Origin: a virus
Virus genome (UHGV): UHGV-0206210
DNA: 44,081 nt
Strand: one strand, 5' to 3'
Shown: positions 24,830 through 34,422 of the stretch, piece by piece
How positions within the stretch are numbered: the stretch's first letter is position 1
How the letters are laid out: each line of letters begins with the position of its first letter
The notes under the pieces: model-generated
Told to the model about the DNA's origin: nothing
What the model saw: the letters and a program-made list of their open reading frames with translations, nothing else
Databases searched by the model: none
Translations under genes and position numbers: made by a program

Positions 24830-26044
24830 GTGGCAGACATTACTAAATGGACGGAACAGCAGGTCAAACGATTGTCGGAGTTGGCAAATGAAGGACTAAC
24901 AAATATAGAGATAGCGCCTATGCTATCAGAGGAGTTCGGCAAAGAGTTCTCATGGCCAAGCGTTAGAAGTAAACGTGCCAGGTTGAATTTGCCACCGAGC
25001 GAAAAGAATATGCGAGTTAAGCAACCGAGTGACCAATCAATCAAAGTAAACGAGCGTCATAATCCTGATGGAACAATCTCTCAAGCCGAGTTTGAAGTAA
25101 AGATGGCATTCTATCAGAAACGAAGTAAAACGCCAGAGGATATCCTCAAGTACAAGGGCTATGATCCGCAAGAGTGGGAAATATCTCAAGTAACCACTAA
25201 TGAGTGGACAACCACTACAGCGGATATCCAGAAGTGGAACCAACAATTGAAGTTTGTGGTTAAGCCAAAACATAAGGCATTCGATCCATCAGCGTTCACT
25301 GATTCAATAGAGCCGGTAAAACTAACCGCAATCAAGACTGGTGACAGAAACTTGTTCATCGGCTTAGCTGATTGGCATTTCGGTATCACTAAGCTAGAGG
25401 ATTTACAAGATAAGCTAGCGAGAATGATTGAAGTTATCTCAAAAGGCTATAAGCAGATTGTTATTGGTCAGCTAGGAGATTTATTCCATAGCAGCCAAAT
25501 TAAGAAGTCAGTCACGATGGCTGGCACACAATTAGATGATGTGGACATGGTTACAGCTATCAAAGACGCACGAGCATTCTTCGATATGTTGATTACTGAG
25601 TGTGTGAGACATTCGAAACAAGTGACTGTCGAACACGCGGGCGGGAATCATTCGGAGAATTTGGAGTACATGTTTCTCTTATACCTAGAAGCCAAGTATC
25701 CGGACATCCAAGTCAACTATCACAACAAATACCGACAAGCATTCATGTTGGATAATGTGGCAATCATGATTACTCATGGGCAATATGGCAAGCGGAAAGA
25801 TTTACCAATGTTGTTCGCTACTGAGTTTAGCGATATATGGTGCAAGGCAACTACACGGGAGATAATCACAGGACATTTTCACACGCAACAGACGAACGAC
25901 TACCAAGGTGTGATTCATCGGCAGCTAGGTACCATTAAGCCGAATGACAGTTACGAGATAGAGAACGGTTGGACGATGGGCAAGAAGGTGTTGCAGTTGT
26001 TTGAATATGATAGTGAAAGGTTGAGGGTGACGTATGACATCTAA
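24830..26044 (+). CDS. Fusion protein. N-terminal HTH (sigma region-4-like) plus a C-terminal calcineurin-like metallophosphoesterase of SbcD/Mre11 type.
   Basis: LSELANEGLTNIEIAPML HTH. Motifs ADWHFG (DxH), GDLFH, GGNHSE (GNHE), ITHGQ, GHFH (GHxH). GTG start is uncertain. Confidence 0.5.
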   Translation: MADITKWTEQQVKRLSELANEGLTNIEIAPMLSEEFGKEFSWPSVRSKRARLNLPPSEKNMRVKQPSDQSIKVNERHNPDGTISQAEFEVKMAFYQKRSKTPEDILKYKGYDPQEWEISQVTTNEWTTTTADIQKWNQQLKFVVKPKHKAFDPSAFTDSIEPVKLTAIKTGDRNLFIGLADWHFGITKLEDLQDKLARMIEVISKGYKQIVIGQLGDLFHSSQIKKSVTMAGTQLDDVDMVTAIKDARAFFDMLITECVRHSKQVTVEHAGGNHSENLEYMFLLYLEAKYPDIQVNYHNKYRQAFMLDNVAIMITHGQYGKRKDLPMLFATEFSDIWCKATTREIITGHFHTQQTNDYQGVIHRQLGTIKPNDSYEIENGWTMGKKVLQLFEYDSERLRVTYDI

Positions 26045-26057
26045 AGGAGGAAACGGA

Positions 26058-26261
26058 ATGAGCGAGCACGAATTTCATGTAATCGTAAAGGAATTATCAT
26101 ATCTACACGAGAAAGAAATCATTACGGCAGAAGATTTTACTGCAAGAGTCAAAAGTTTATCTGAAGATGTAAATGCCGAAATAAAGTTAAAGCCATCATT
26201 ATGTACGGAAAATCCAGTTCCTTGCAAAAAGCCTATAACTTTTTATGATTCAGGCGAATGA
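26058..26261 (+). CDS. Hypothetical protein.
   Basis: AAAGGAGG RBS before ATG 26058. Confidence 0.35.
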   Translation: MSEHEFHVIVKELSYLHEKEIITAEDFTARVKSLSEDVNAEIKLKPSLCTENPVPCKKPITFYDSGE

Positions 26262-26469
26262 TATGCATTACTATTACATCCAACTATCAGTGGGAATACT
26301 AAGGCATAAGAATATCCGACAAGCGGAGTTGAAACCAAAGCATACGTTGCTTGAATGCTATCAGCAGTTTAATGACGATTATATCGATCAGCATAGGTTT
26401 ATATACATTGGGCATGGTTGGAAGAGTGATCCGCATATTGTAGAGAGGTTAAGGAGGTATGGAATGTGA
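26245..26469 (+). CDS. Hypothetical protein.
   Basis: 74-aa ORF. Confidence 0.3.
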   Translation: MIQANDMHYYYIQLSVGILRHKNIRQAELKPKHTLLECYQQFNDDYIDQHRFIYIGHGWKSDPHIVERLRRYGM

Positions 26470-26762
26470 ATGACAAACACCAGGAGTTCCTAAACCTACT
26501 GAAGAAGGTAAGGGAAGAGAAAGACATTGATCAGATAGCAGAGCTGTTCATGTCTGTTATCAACATGTATGGATTAACTACTGACGAAGTGTGTTCATTG
26601 AGCTATTACATGGTTGATCTTACATTACAATCAAATAGCAATAAAACGCTCTTGCGCAATGAATTCAGTATAGACATAGATAAGCTAGGTATCGATGGCA
26701 AACTTGCCATCATGAAAGCTATGGTAGCCACTTACGTAGACAAGGTGAGCAAGGGTGGCTAG
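26466..26762 (+). CDS. Hypothetical protein.
   Basis: AAGGAGG sits 8 nt before GTG 26466. Confidence 0.35.
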   Translation: MNDKHQEFLNLLKKVREEKDIDQIAELFMSVINMYGLTTDEVCSLSYYMVDLTLQSNSNKTLLRNEFSIDIDKLGIDGKLAIMKAMVATYVDKVSKGG

Positions 26763-27099
26763 GCCTAAGAGGTTGGCGATAGTCAATGGTAAGAGAGTGT
26801 TGGTTGAGTATGACAGCAGACGCGAAGAGTATCAAGAGTATAACCAAGACAGGTGGAAGCATCAGAATGACTTGATGAAGTTCTATAACTCAAAGGCATG
26901 GAGACAACTGAGCAAGCTAGTATTGAATGAATACTACTATGTGTGTCGTATGTGTGGAGGAGATGCAACACTTGCGGATCATATCATTCCAGTTCGTGTC
27001 GATTGGTCCAAAAGGTTAGACAAAGATAACATTCAACCATTGTGTGAGTCATGTCATGCTATCAAGACTAAAGAAGATAAGAATAAATACAATATGTGA
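26755..27099 (+). CDS. HNH endonuclease, packaging-associated.
   Basis: CRMCGG...ADHIIPV...DNIQPLCESCHAIK. Immediately upstream of a P27-type small terminase, as in cos-type phages. Confidence 0.7.
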   Translation: MARPKRLAIVNGKRVLVEYDSRREEYQEYNQDRWKHQNDLMKFYNSKAWRQLSKLVLNEYYYVCRMCGGDATLADHIIPVRVDWSKRLDKDNIQPLCESCHAIKTKEDKNKYNM

Positions 27100-27237
27100 C
27101 GGTTTTTATGGTGGGGGAAAATATCATATACGGTAAGAAAGTGGGGAATGGTACCCCTTATTTTTAAAACGGGGTAGGTTTGTGGGAGACAAAACAACGC
27201 TGCTCTCTTCCGTGACCAAAATTCCCTTTTGAAATGA

Positions 27238-27717
27238 TTGGAGGTGTGGAAAACGGGCAGAAAACTAACATTATTGGATAACAATAAAAAACACTTAACT
27301 AAAGATGAGGTTGAAGACCGTAAATCGGCTGAAAAGCTTGCTGGTGATGGTTTGGTGGAGATGCAGATTACTGCACCTAACCACATGAACTCCATCGCTA
27401 AACAGGAATACAAGCGAGTAGTCGGTGATCTGCAAAAGTTACCACTTAGAAATCTTGATAGAGCGATGTTGGAAAACTATTGTTTGTGGTATTCGGTGTT
27501 CAAAGAAACAAGTCAGAAATTAACTGAGCAAGGTAATATTCTAGATCATGGCGAAGGCAACTACGAGGAAAATCCATTAATTAAGACACTAGAAAAGGCG
27601 ACTAAAAACATCAAATCCACAGCGAGTGAGTTGGGATTGACTGTTGATAGCCGCCTTCGTTTATATCTTCCTAAGAAAGACGAGAAAAAGAAAGACATGT
27701 TTGATCAATTTGGATAG
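27238..27717 (+). CDS. terS: Terminase small subunit, P27 family.
   Basis: KTGRKLTLLD...HLTKDEVEDR...LENYCLWYSVF...ENPLIKTLEKA...ELGLTVDSRLRL pattern of Terminase_4. Confidence 0.65.
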   Translation: MEVWKTGRKLTLLDNNKKHLTKDEVEDRKSAEKLAGDGLVEMQITAPNHMNSIAKQEYKRVVGDLQKLPLRNLDRAMLENYCLWYSVFKETSQKLTEQGNILDHGEGNYEENPLIKTLEKATKNIKSTASELGLTVDSRLRLYLPKKDEKKKDMFDQFG

Positions 27718-27720
27718 AGA

Positions 27721-28203
27721 TTATTTTTTCTTAGACTTTGATTTTATTTTTTGTGGCATTTTACTTTCAATCATAGAAGCAACGAGATTAGTTAGAGGTC
27801 TTCCAATTGCTTCTTTGTAATTGAATCCTAAAAGTTGCATAGTTTTTAATGTGTCTTTATTTAACAATTTAATAATCATTTCAATTGATTCTGCATTTTT
27901 TTCGGCTTCGGGTATGAAATCCGAAAGTAAATCCAAGATACTCTTCAGTGTGTTTTGTAAATAATCAATATCTTCATCACTTATGGTAACACTCTCGTAT
28001 AAATCCTGGTATTGGTAAGCAATCCTTTCAATATCTTGTTTATCTTTAAGGAGGCCGTTTACAAGTTCGGTATAAACTAAATTTACTTCTTCGACAGTCT
28101 TTTTGGTTCTTGCTTCTTTTATTCTAGCCTCAACAAAACCTAGTGTGTTGTTTCCAGCTGTTCTTAATAAGTCGGTGGCTAAAGTTGCAAGTTGGGGATC
28201 CAT
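27721..28203 (-). CDS. Antisense gene wedged between terS and terL. Approx 160-aa helical acidic protein of unknown function.
   Basis: It is the only ORF in the 540-bp terS-terL gap. GGAAG lies 7 nt before the ATG at 28203. The ORF track extends it to 28272. AT-rich. Its stop is 3 bp from the terS stop. Confidence 0.45.
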   Translation of the reverse strand: MDPQLATLATDLLRTAGNNTLGFVEARIKEARTKKTVEEVNLVYTELVNGLLKDKQDIERIAYQYQDLYESVTISDEDIDYLQNTLKSILDLLSDFIPEAEKNAESIEMIIKLLNKDTLKTMQLLGFNYKEAIGRPLTNLVASMIESKMPQKIKSKSKKK

Positions 28204-28257
28204 AATATCGCTTCCAATCTTTTTTGCTTTAAGTATACCACGAAAGGAGGAATTCAT

Positions 28258-30000
28258 TTGGTAGAATATCAAGCTATACCAGAAGAGTATAGAGATGATA
28301 CGTACGCTTATGCAGTGTTAATCGTTGATCGTGCTATCGAATCATGCAAGAAGGTCTATGATGCTTGTGTCCGCCATTTGAAAGACCTTCTAAAAATTAA
28401 AAAAGCCAGTTGGAAATATCAGTACAATCCAGATGAAGCTAGAAAAGCAATTGACTTCCTAGAAATGCTGCCAGATGTAAAAACAGGTAAAACATATCCT
28501 TTGGCAAACTTTCAGAGGTTCATTATCGGTAATATTTATGGTTGGCGGCACAAAAAAGACAAAGGATTGCGCAGATTCAAGCGAGCATTCATCAGTGTGG
28601 CTCGTAAAAATGGAAAAACTATTTTAATCGCTGGTATAGTGTTGTACGAATTTTTGTTTGGCAAGAATCCAGCGATGAGTAGACAAATATTTTGTACAGC
28701 TAATGCAAAGGATCAGGCGAAAATTGCATTTGAAATGGCCAGAAAACAATTAGATGCATTACGTGCTAAGTTCCCAGAAATCAGAAAAGCTACTAAGCGT
28801 GTTCGTGATGAACTCAAAAATTTGAAGGACGAATCGTATGTCACCTATTTATCTAAAGAAACAGGCGCTATTGACGGTTTTGAGCCTTATGTAGGCGTGT
28901 TTGATGAATATGGTGCTAGTAAGACTAATGAAATGATGGAACTTATTGAGTCTGGTCAAGGGCAGTTGGATAATCCGTTGACTCTGATTATATCGACTGC
29001 AAACTTTGATTTGAATGTACCAATGTATCAAGTTGAATATCCACGAATGACAAGTATTCTTGACGGCAAAATAGAGGATGAAGAACAATTTGCATACATA
29101 GCGGAACAAGAAGCGTTGGACGAGATAGAAAAGCCCGAACTGTACATCAAAAGCAATCCTATTCTCGTTGTAGAAGCTTTGAAAGACAAGATGATGGATT
29201 ACTTAAAGAAACGGTGGAAGACCGCTAAGGAAACAGGAAATACCGTTAAAGTAATGGTCAAAAACTTCAACATGTGGACTCAATCGAGCGAAGAGTCCTA
29301 TCTCTCTGCTGAGCATTGGAAAAAAGCTTTAATAGAAAAACCAGATATAACCGGCCGCAAAGTTTGGGTCGGAGTTGACGTGGGTCGTACAAGTGACTTG
29401 TTCAGTATTTCGTGGGCAGTTCAAATGGACGACTATTTTTATGTGGACTCATTCAGTTTTGTAGCTACTAAATATGGTTTGACCACTAAAGAAAAACGTG
29501 ATGGCATGAATTACACTGATTTGCAAAGTAAAGGTGAATGTAAAATCACTGAATTGGAAAGTGGAGTTATTGATTATGATGAAGCATATGAGTGGTTGGA
29601 ATACTTTATTTATGACAACGATTTGGAAGTTCAATGTATAGCATACGATCCACATCAATACGGACACATTCTCACGTCTATCGAGAAGAATCATCCAGAT
29701 TGGCAACAAGTCGAGATAAGACAAGGCACCATGACCCTAAACATGCCAACAAAGCAATTTAGAGATGATGTGATTGATTTGAAAGTTAGGCATAGTGGCA
29801 ACCAATTATTAACTGCGGCGATCAACAACGCTATTACCAAAACTGATAATAATGGCATGCGGATCGACAAAAATAAAAACGGGAATAAAATCGATCCAAT
29901 TGATGCATTATTAGATGCTTATGCAATGTGCTATACGGAGTTTCAAACCGGCGGATACTGGACAGATGAAATGATTTTAAGCGGAGATTTTGGGTTCTAG
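28258..30000 (+). CDS. terL: Terminase large subunit.
   Basis: AGGAGG sits 8 nt before TTG 28258. ATPase and nuclease regions (VARKNGKT Walker A-like, DEYGAS, C-terminal DPIDAL...). 580 aa. Confidence 0.8.
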   Translation: MVEYQAIPEEYRDDTYAYAVLIVDRAIESCKKVYDACVRHLKDLLKIKKASWKYQYNPDEARKAIDFLEMLPDVKTGKTYPLANFQRFIIGNIYGWRHKKDKGLRRFKRAFISVARKNGKTILIAGIVLYEFLFGKNPAMSRQIFCTANAKDQAKIAFEMARKQLDALRAKFPEIRKATKRVRDELKNLKDESYVTYLSKETGAIDGFEPYVGVFDEYGASKTNEMMELIESGQGQLDNPLTLIISTANFDLNVPMYQVEYPRMTSILDGKIEDEEQFAYIAEQEALDEIEKPELYIKSNPILVVEALKDKMMDYLKKRWKTAKETGNTVKVMVKNFNMWTQSSEESYLSAEHWKKALIEKPDITGRKVWVGVDVGRTSDLFSISWAVQMDDYFYVDSFSFVATKYGLTTKEKRDGMNYTDLQSKGECKITELESGVIDYDEAYEWLEYFIYDNDLEVQCIAYDPHQYGHILTSIEKNHPDWQQVEIRQGTMTLNMPTKQFRDDVIDLKVRHSGNQLLTAAINNAITKTDNNGMRIDKNKNGNKIDPIDALLDAYAMCYTEFQTGGYWTDEMILSGDFGF

Positions 30001-30009
30001 GAGGTTACC

Positions 30010-30180
30010 ATGAGCAAACTATTTAAATTGCTATTTTTAAACATTCATACACTACTATTATTTGTCGGTATTGCTTTTATAGCTATATCGGCTTTTTTGT
30101 ACTCTTTGATTGTCGGTTTTTTTGTGCTAGGTGTATGTTGTATAGCTACTAGTTTAATTATCAACAAATCAATGGGATAA
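30010..30180 (+). CDS. Small two-TM membrane protein (56 aa) between terL and portal.
   Basis: AGGAGG RBS. MSKLFKLLFLNIHTLLLFVGIAFIAISAFLYSLIVGFFVLGVCCIATSLII. Confidence 0.4.
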   Translation: MSKLFKLLFLNIHTLLLFVGIAFIAISAFLYSLIVGFFVLGVCCIATSLIINKSMG

Positions 30181-30209
30181 CTGATTTTAACTAGAAAGGA
30201 GGTGGAAAA

Positions 30210-31460
30210 ATGGTATTTTTTCAACCGCTTGGATCAACAGAACAGCAAGTGAAAGAAATGCTGTACGATACACCATCCGCAAATTCATATGTCGGTATCA
30301 GAGGACTTAAGAATTCAGATGTGTTGACTGCAACGACAATTATCGCTGGTGATATAGCAAGGTTTCCGATTATCAAAAAAGATTTAGACGGTAATATTGT
30401 TCAAGATGAAAAACTGAATTACTTAATGAACGTCCGATCAACTAGTAAGATTACGGCTCATGTATGGAAATTCGCTATGGCCGTGAACACAATTCTTTGT
30501 GGAAATAGCTATTCTAGGATTTTGCGTGATCCAGTAACAGGAGAACCTTTGGAATATGAATTCTATCCACCCTCAGCAGTTGTAATTGAATCGGATGATA
30601 ATTTTGAATCGTTCTATTACATGTTTTACCCACTAAACGGAAACAAACAGATACGATGCGAGCCAGAAGATGTGATTCACTGGAAGTTTTTCAGTCACGA
30701 TACAATCTATGGTCGTTCTCCTTTGTTATCGCTGAATGACGAAATCAATTTACAAGATTCTGGTATTGCAACATTGCTGAAGTTCTTTAGAGATGGTTTT
30801 TCGAGTGGGATATTGGAAATGAAAGGCGCTAAGTTGTCTGGAGAAGCTAGAAAAAAAGCTAGACAGGAATTTGAGAAGTCAAGAGAAGGATCAACAGGCG
30901 GAAGTCCTATAATTTTAGATTCAACTATGGGATACACACCGCTAGAAGTTGATACAAACGTTCTAGGGCTGATCAATTCAAACAACTACTCAACAGCCCA
31001 AATTGCTAAATGCATGCGTGTACCAGCGCATAAATTAGCTGTAACGAACCCCAATCAGTCGGTTAAGCAGCTGAATGACGATTATATCCTAAATGACTTG
31101 CCTTATTACTTCAATGCAATAACATCTGAACACCAGATGAAGAATTTTAGTGACGAGGATAGGCATAAATATACTTTAGAATTTGACACTAGGTCCGTAA
31201 CTGGCATGAATCCGGAAGAAGCATTGAAGCTTTATAATGGCGGTGTAATAACTGGAGATCAAGCACTAATGTACATGGGCAAATCACCAACAGATGATAA
31301 GGATATGCAACGAAGAAAATTCAGTTTGAACTATGTTTGGGCGGATAAAGCGGAAGAGTATCAAGTGAACCATAAGCAACGAAAGGCAGGTGAAGAGGAT
31401 GAAGAAAACGGAAGTTCGTCAACTGACAACGAAACTCGAATTGAGAACGTTGGAGAATGA
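30210..31460 (+). CDS. Portal protein (HK97 family).
   Basis: AAAGGAGG RBS. 416 aa in the conserved position after terL. Confidence 0.7.
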   Translation: MVFFQPLGSTEQQVKEMLYDTPSANSYVGIRGLKNSDVLTATTIIAGDIARFPIIKKDLDGNIVQDEKLNYLMNVRSTSKITAHVWKFAMAVNTILCGNSYSRILRDPVTGEPLEYEFYPPSAVVIESDDNFESFYYMFYPLNGNKQIRCEPEDVIHWKFFSHDTIYGRSPLLSLNDEINLQDSGIATLLKFFRDGFSSGILEMKGAKLSGEARKKARQEFEKSREGSTGGSPIILDSTMGYTPLEVDTNVLGLINSNNYSTAQIAKCMRVPAHKLAVTNPNQSVKQLNDDYILNDLPYYFNAITSEHQMKNFSDEDRHKYTLEFDTRSVTGMNPEEALKLYNGGVITGDQALMYMGKSPTDDKDMQRRKFSLNYVWADKAEEYQVNHKQRKAGEEDEENGSSSTDNETRIENVGE

Positions 31461-32016
31461 TACAGAGGTTATCGAAGGGTATGCATTAAAGTTCGATAGA
31501 TGGTCAGACACTTTAGGGTGGTTCTATCCTTTCCGTGAAAAATTAGAACCTGGATGCTTAGATGATGCAGACACTAATAATGTAGTAGCATTATTCAATC
31601 ATGATCAATCACAAATTTTGGGTAGAACTGGTGTCAACTTAGATTTAAATGTGGATAATATCGGGTTAAAATTCCGAATTAAACCTACGAATACGACACT
31701 ATCGAATGATTTGATAGAGAATATCCGTTCTGGAGTGATTAATCAGTGTTCTTTTGCTTTTACAATTCCTGACGAAGAAGGTGCAGAAGAGTGGCGAGAG
31801 AACAAAGAAACAGGTGTTTATGAGCGTTATGTTCGCAAAATAGACAAATTATACGATGTTTCAGTGGTTACTACTCCAGCTTATCCAGATACAGAAGCGG
31901 TAGTAGGCGCTAGAAGCAAAGAAATTGTCGAAGAATTGAGAAGCCATCCTAAAAAACAGGAAATCCAACGGATGCTTGCCGAATTAGATAAAGAAGAAAT
32001 TTTAAATACATTATAA
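31390..32016 (+). CDS. Prohead protease (HK97/S78 family).
   Basis: 208 aa with ALFNHDQSQILGRTG... Overlaps the portal 3' end. Confidence 0.6.
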   Translation: MKRMKKTEVRQLTTKLELRTLENDTEVIEGYALKFDRWSDTLGWFYPFREKLEPGCLDDADTNNVVALFNHDQSQILGRTGVNLDLNVDNIGLKFRIKPTNTTLSNDLIENIRSGVINQCSFAFTIPDEEGAEEWRENKETGVYERYVRKIDKLYDVSVVTTPAYPDTEAVVGARSKEIVEELRSHPKKQEIQRMLAELDKEEILNTL

Positions 32017-32077
32017 GAAAAGTCATTTCAATTGAGGAATGGCTATTTTTTATCCCAAAAAACAAGGAGGACAAACA

Positions 32078-33274
32078 ATGTTTGAAGAAAAAATGACGGA
32101 GATTCGCTCTCTTATCACAGAAAAAGAGGGGAAAGTCGAAACTCTAGCAACAGAGATTCGTGGGTTGCTGCAAGAAGAAAAATTGGACGATGCAAAAGGC
32201 AAAAAAGAAGAGCGTGAAGCGTTGAAAGCGGAACTTGTTCAGTTGCGGGAAAATCTTTCGCTTTACGAAGAGCAGAAAGAAGGTAAAGAAGTGAAAGAAG
32301 TTAAACGATCAAAAGAAACGCCACAACAAAAAGAATATCGTGACTCATTGAATGAATTTATTCGTTCAAAAGGTGAAAAACGTGAAGGGGTAAACTTCAA
32401 AGATGGTGAAGCTGTTGTACCAGCTGAATTTTTAAATGTTCGTGCAGCTACAGACGATGGTATTGTTAAAAATGATGTTGGCGTTACTATCCCAGAATCA
32501 ATTTCTTACAATCCGCAACTAGAAGTTAAAACGGTAACTGATTTGAAGAAATTCACTAACATTTTTCAGGCGACCACAGGAAGCGGTAAATATCCTATTC
32601 TTAAAAAAGCAACTGCTCGTTTGAGTACTGTGGCTGAGTTAGAAGCAAATCCTGCTTTGGCTAAACCAGAATTTGAAGAAGTTGATTGGGCAGTACAAAC
32701 TTATCGTGGCGCTATTCCATTGTCTAATGAATCTATTCAAGATTCTGCAGTTGACTTAGTAGGGATCGTGGCACGTAATGCAAACGAACAAAAATTAAAT
32801 ACTACAAACTACGCAATTGCGAATGTATTGAAAACTTTCACTGCTGCACCAATGTCTACATTGGATGACTTGAAAAAAATCATCAATGTGACTTTAGACC
32901 CAGCATACAACAAAGCGATCGTTGCCACTCAATCTTTCTATAATGTGTTAGATACATTGAAAGACGGAAACGGACGGTATTTACTGCAAGACTCAATCAT
33001 TTCTCCAAGTGGTAAAACATTGTTGGGTATGTCGGTATTCGTTATTGAAGATACACTGTTTGGTGCTGCAGGAAATACCTCGGCATTTATTGGTGACTTG
33101 GGACGTGCGGTATTGTTTGCTAACCGTGTTGATGTAACTGTACGTTGGGTTAATCACGATATTTATGGACAATACTTGCAAGTTGCAACTCGTTTTGACA
33201 CTAAAAAAGCTGATTCAAACGCTGGTTACTTTGTAACTTATACAGCGCCTATTGAGGGTGGTTCGGGGGAATAA
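32078..33274 (+). CDS. Major capsid protein (HK97 fold) with an N-terminal coiled-coil delta/scaffold domain.
   Basis: AAGGAGG sits 7 nt before ATG 32078. Glu/Lys-rich coiled-coil N-terminus, then the capsid core. Confidence 0.7.
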   Translation: MFEEKMTEIRSLITEKEGKVETLATEIRGLLQEEKLDDAKGKKEEREALKAELVQLRENLSLYEEQKEGKEVKEVKRSKETPQQKEYRDSLNEFIRSKGEKREGVNFKDGEAVVPAEFLNVRAATDDGIVKNDVGVTIPESISYNPQLEVKTVTDLKKFTNIFQATTGSGKYPILKKATARLSTVAELEANPALAKPEFEEVDWAVQTYRGAIPLSNESIQDSAVDLVGIVARNANEQKLNTTNYAIANVLKTFTAAPMSTLDDLKKIINVTLDPAYNKAIVATQSFYNVLDTLKDGNGRYLLQDSIISPSGKTLLGMSVFVIEDTLFGAAGNTSAFIGDLGRAVLFANRVDVTVRWVNHDIYGQYLQVATRFDTKKADSNAGYFVTYTAPIEGGSGE

Positions 33275-33412
33275 TGGCACCTCTCATAGCAGAGGTGAAA
33301 CCAGATAACAGTTGGCTTAAATCTGATATTCAAAAATGGTTAGATGAACGCGGTATTGCTTATGAAACAACTGATACAAAGGCAATTTTATTGGAAAAGG
33401 CAGGTGATTAGA
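33275..33412 (+). CDS. Small protein (45 aa) with a Rho-N/SAP-like motif.
   Basis: MAPLIAEVKPDNSWLKSDIQKWLDERGIAYETTDTKAILLEKAGD. Confidence 0.3.
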
Positions 33413-33765
33413 TGAATTATTCGAAACTGATTAACGAAGAGCAATTAAATCAGATCAAAATATATTTAAAAGTAGATATTGATTACGAAGACGATTTGAT
33501 TAAAGAGTTTTTAGATTCCGTCGCTTTAGAATTAGTAGATGCGATTGATTCCTCTAAAATACCAGCTGATTTTATTGATGACCCTAGATTTCATCTAGCA
33601 GTTAAAAAGCAAGCTAAAGAAGAATATGAGCATAGAGGCTTAACAGCAGATACGATGCGCTACACGCTTGCTAACGGTGTAGACAATATCATTCATCAAC
33701 TTCGGGTGAAAGGAGTTGTTTTGGATGATAACACGCAAACTCAACGAACGGATTACATTTTTTGA
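33412..33765 (+). CDS. Head-tail connector (gp6-like).
   Basis: 117 aa. Position and size. Confidence 0.45.
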   Translation: MNYSKLINEEQLNQIKIYLKVDIDYEDDLIKEFLDSVALELVDAIDSSKIPADFIDDPRFHLAVKKQAKEEYEHRGLTADTMRYTLANGVDNIIHQLRVKGVVLDDNTQTQRTDYIF

Positions 33766-34060
33766 ACGGAAAACAAAAAAAGATGAAAATGGAGATTCTT
33801 ATCAAATAGATGAGGATCTCTTTTCTTGTTGGGCTGAAGTTGCTAAATCAACTACTAAAGAATTTAGGAATCGTTCGAACGATAAAATTGAAGATCTTAA
33901 AAAAAGGCGTAACAAAAAGACGCTTTATTTGAGATTTAGAACAGACATAGCTTCTGAGATGTTAGTTAGGTGGAGGACTCATGAGTACAAGGTGATAGAC
34001 CTTGAAGAAGACTGGCAGTCAAAAGATATGCTGATGGTAACTGTGGAGGTGGTCGAATGA
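33725..34060 (+). CDS. Head closure / head-tail adaptor protein.
   Basis: Approx 111 aa. Position. Confidence 0.4.
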   Translation: MITRKLNERITFFERKTKKDENGDSYQIDEDLFSCWAEVAKSTTKEFRNRSNDKIEDLKKRRNKKTLYLRFRTDIASEMLVRWRTHEYKVIDLEEDWQSKDMLMVTVEVVE

Positions 34061-34422
34061 CAACAGGCTTAGAAGAAATACTTTCTAACATTCACAAGTT
34101 GCAGGTGAATAACAAACGAGTTGCTCGTGAAGCTGTTACGGAAGCGGCTGAACTATTTGCGGATAATTTAGAAGCCAATACCCCAACCGATGAAGGCGAA
34201 ATGGCTAACGATGTCCAGATAACTGGCTTCAAAGGTGGCGCTAAAGGACAAATTGAGAAGGATATCGGCTACGGGAAATCAACTGGTTATCGTGTTAAAT
34301 ATCCCGATGACGGAACTATTCATCAGAGACCGCAAAACTTTAAAGAGCGTACCATTCAACAATCAACTCAACCCGTTAAGGAGATCTATGTTAAGAAGAT
34401 ACAAGAGGGGTTGAAGCTATGA
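34057..34422 (+). CDS. HK97 gp10-like tail-related protein.
   Basis: 121 aa. Position. Confidence 0.4.
   Translation: MTTGLEEILSNIHKLQVNNKRVAREAVTEAAELFADNLEANTPTDEGEMANDVQITGFKGGAKGQIEKDIGYGKSTGYRVKYPDDGTIHQRPQNFKERTIQQSTQPVKEIYVKKIQEGLKL

Noticed and set aside
27054-27413. 119-aa minus-strand ORF overlapping the terS start and the putative cos spacer.
   Set aside because: It is antisense to a conserved P27-family terS. No RBS. Likely spurious.
28849-29724. Two antisense ORFs inside terL.
   Set aside because: They are nested in a conserved enzyme gene. No RBS. Hydrophobic, low-complexity translations.
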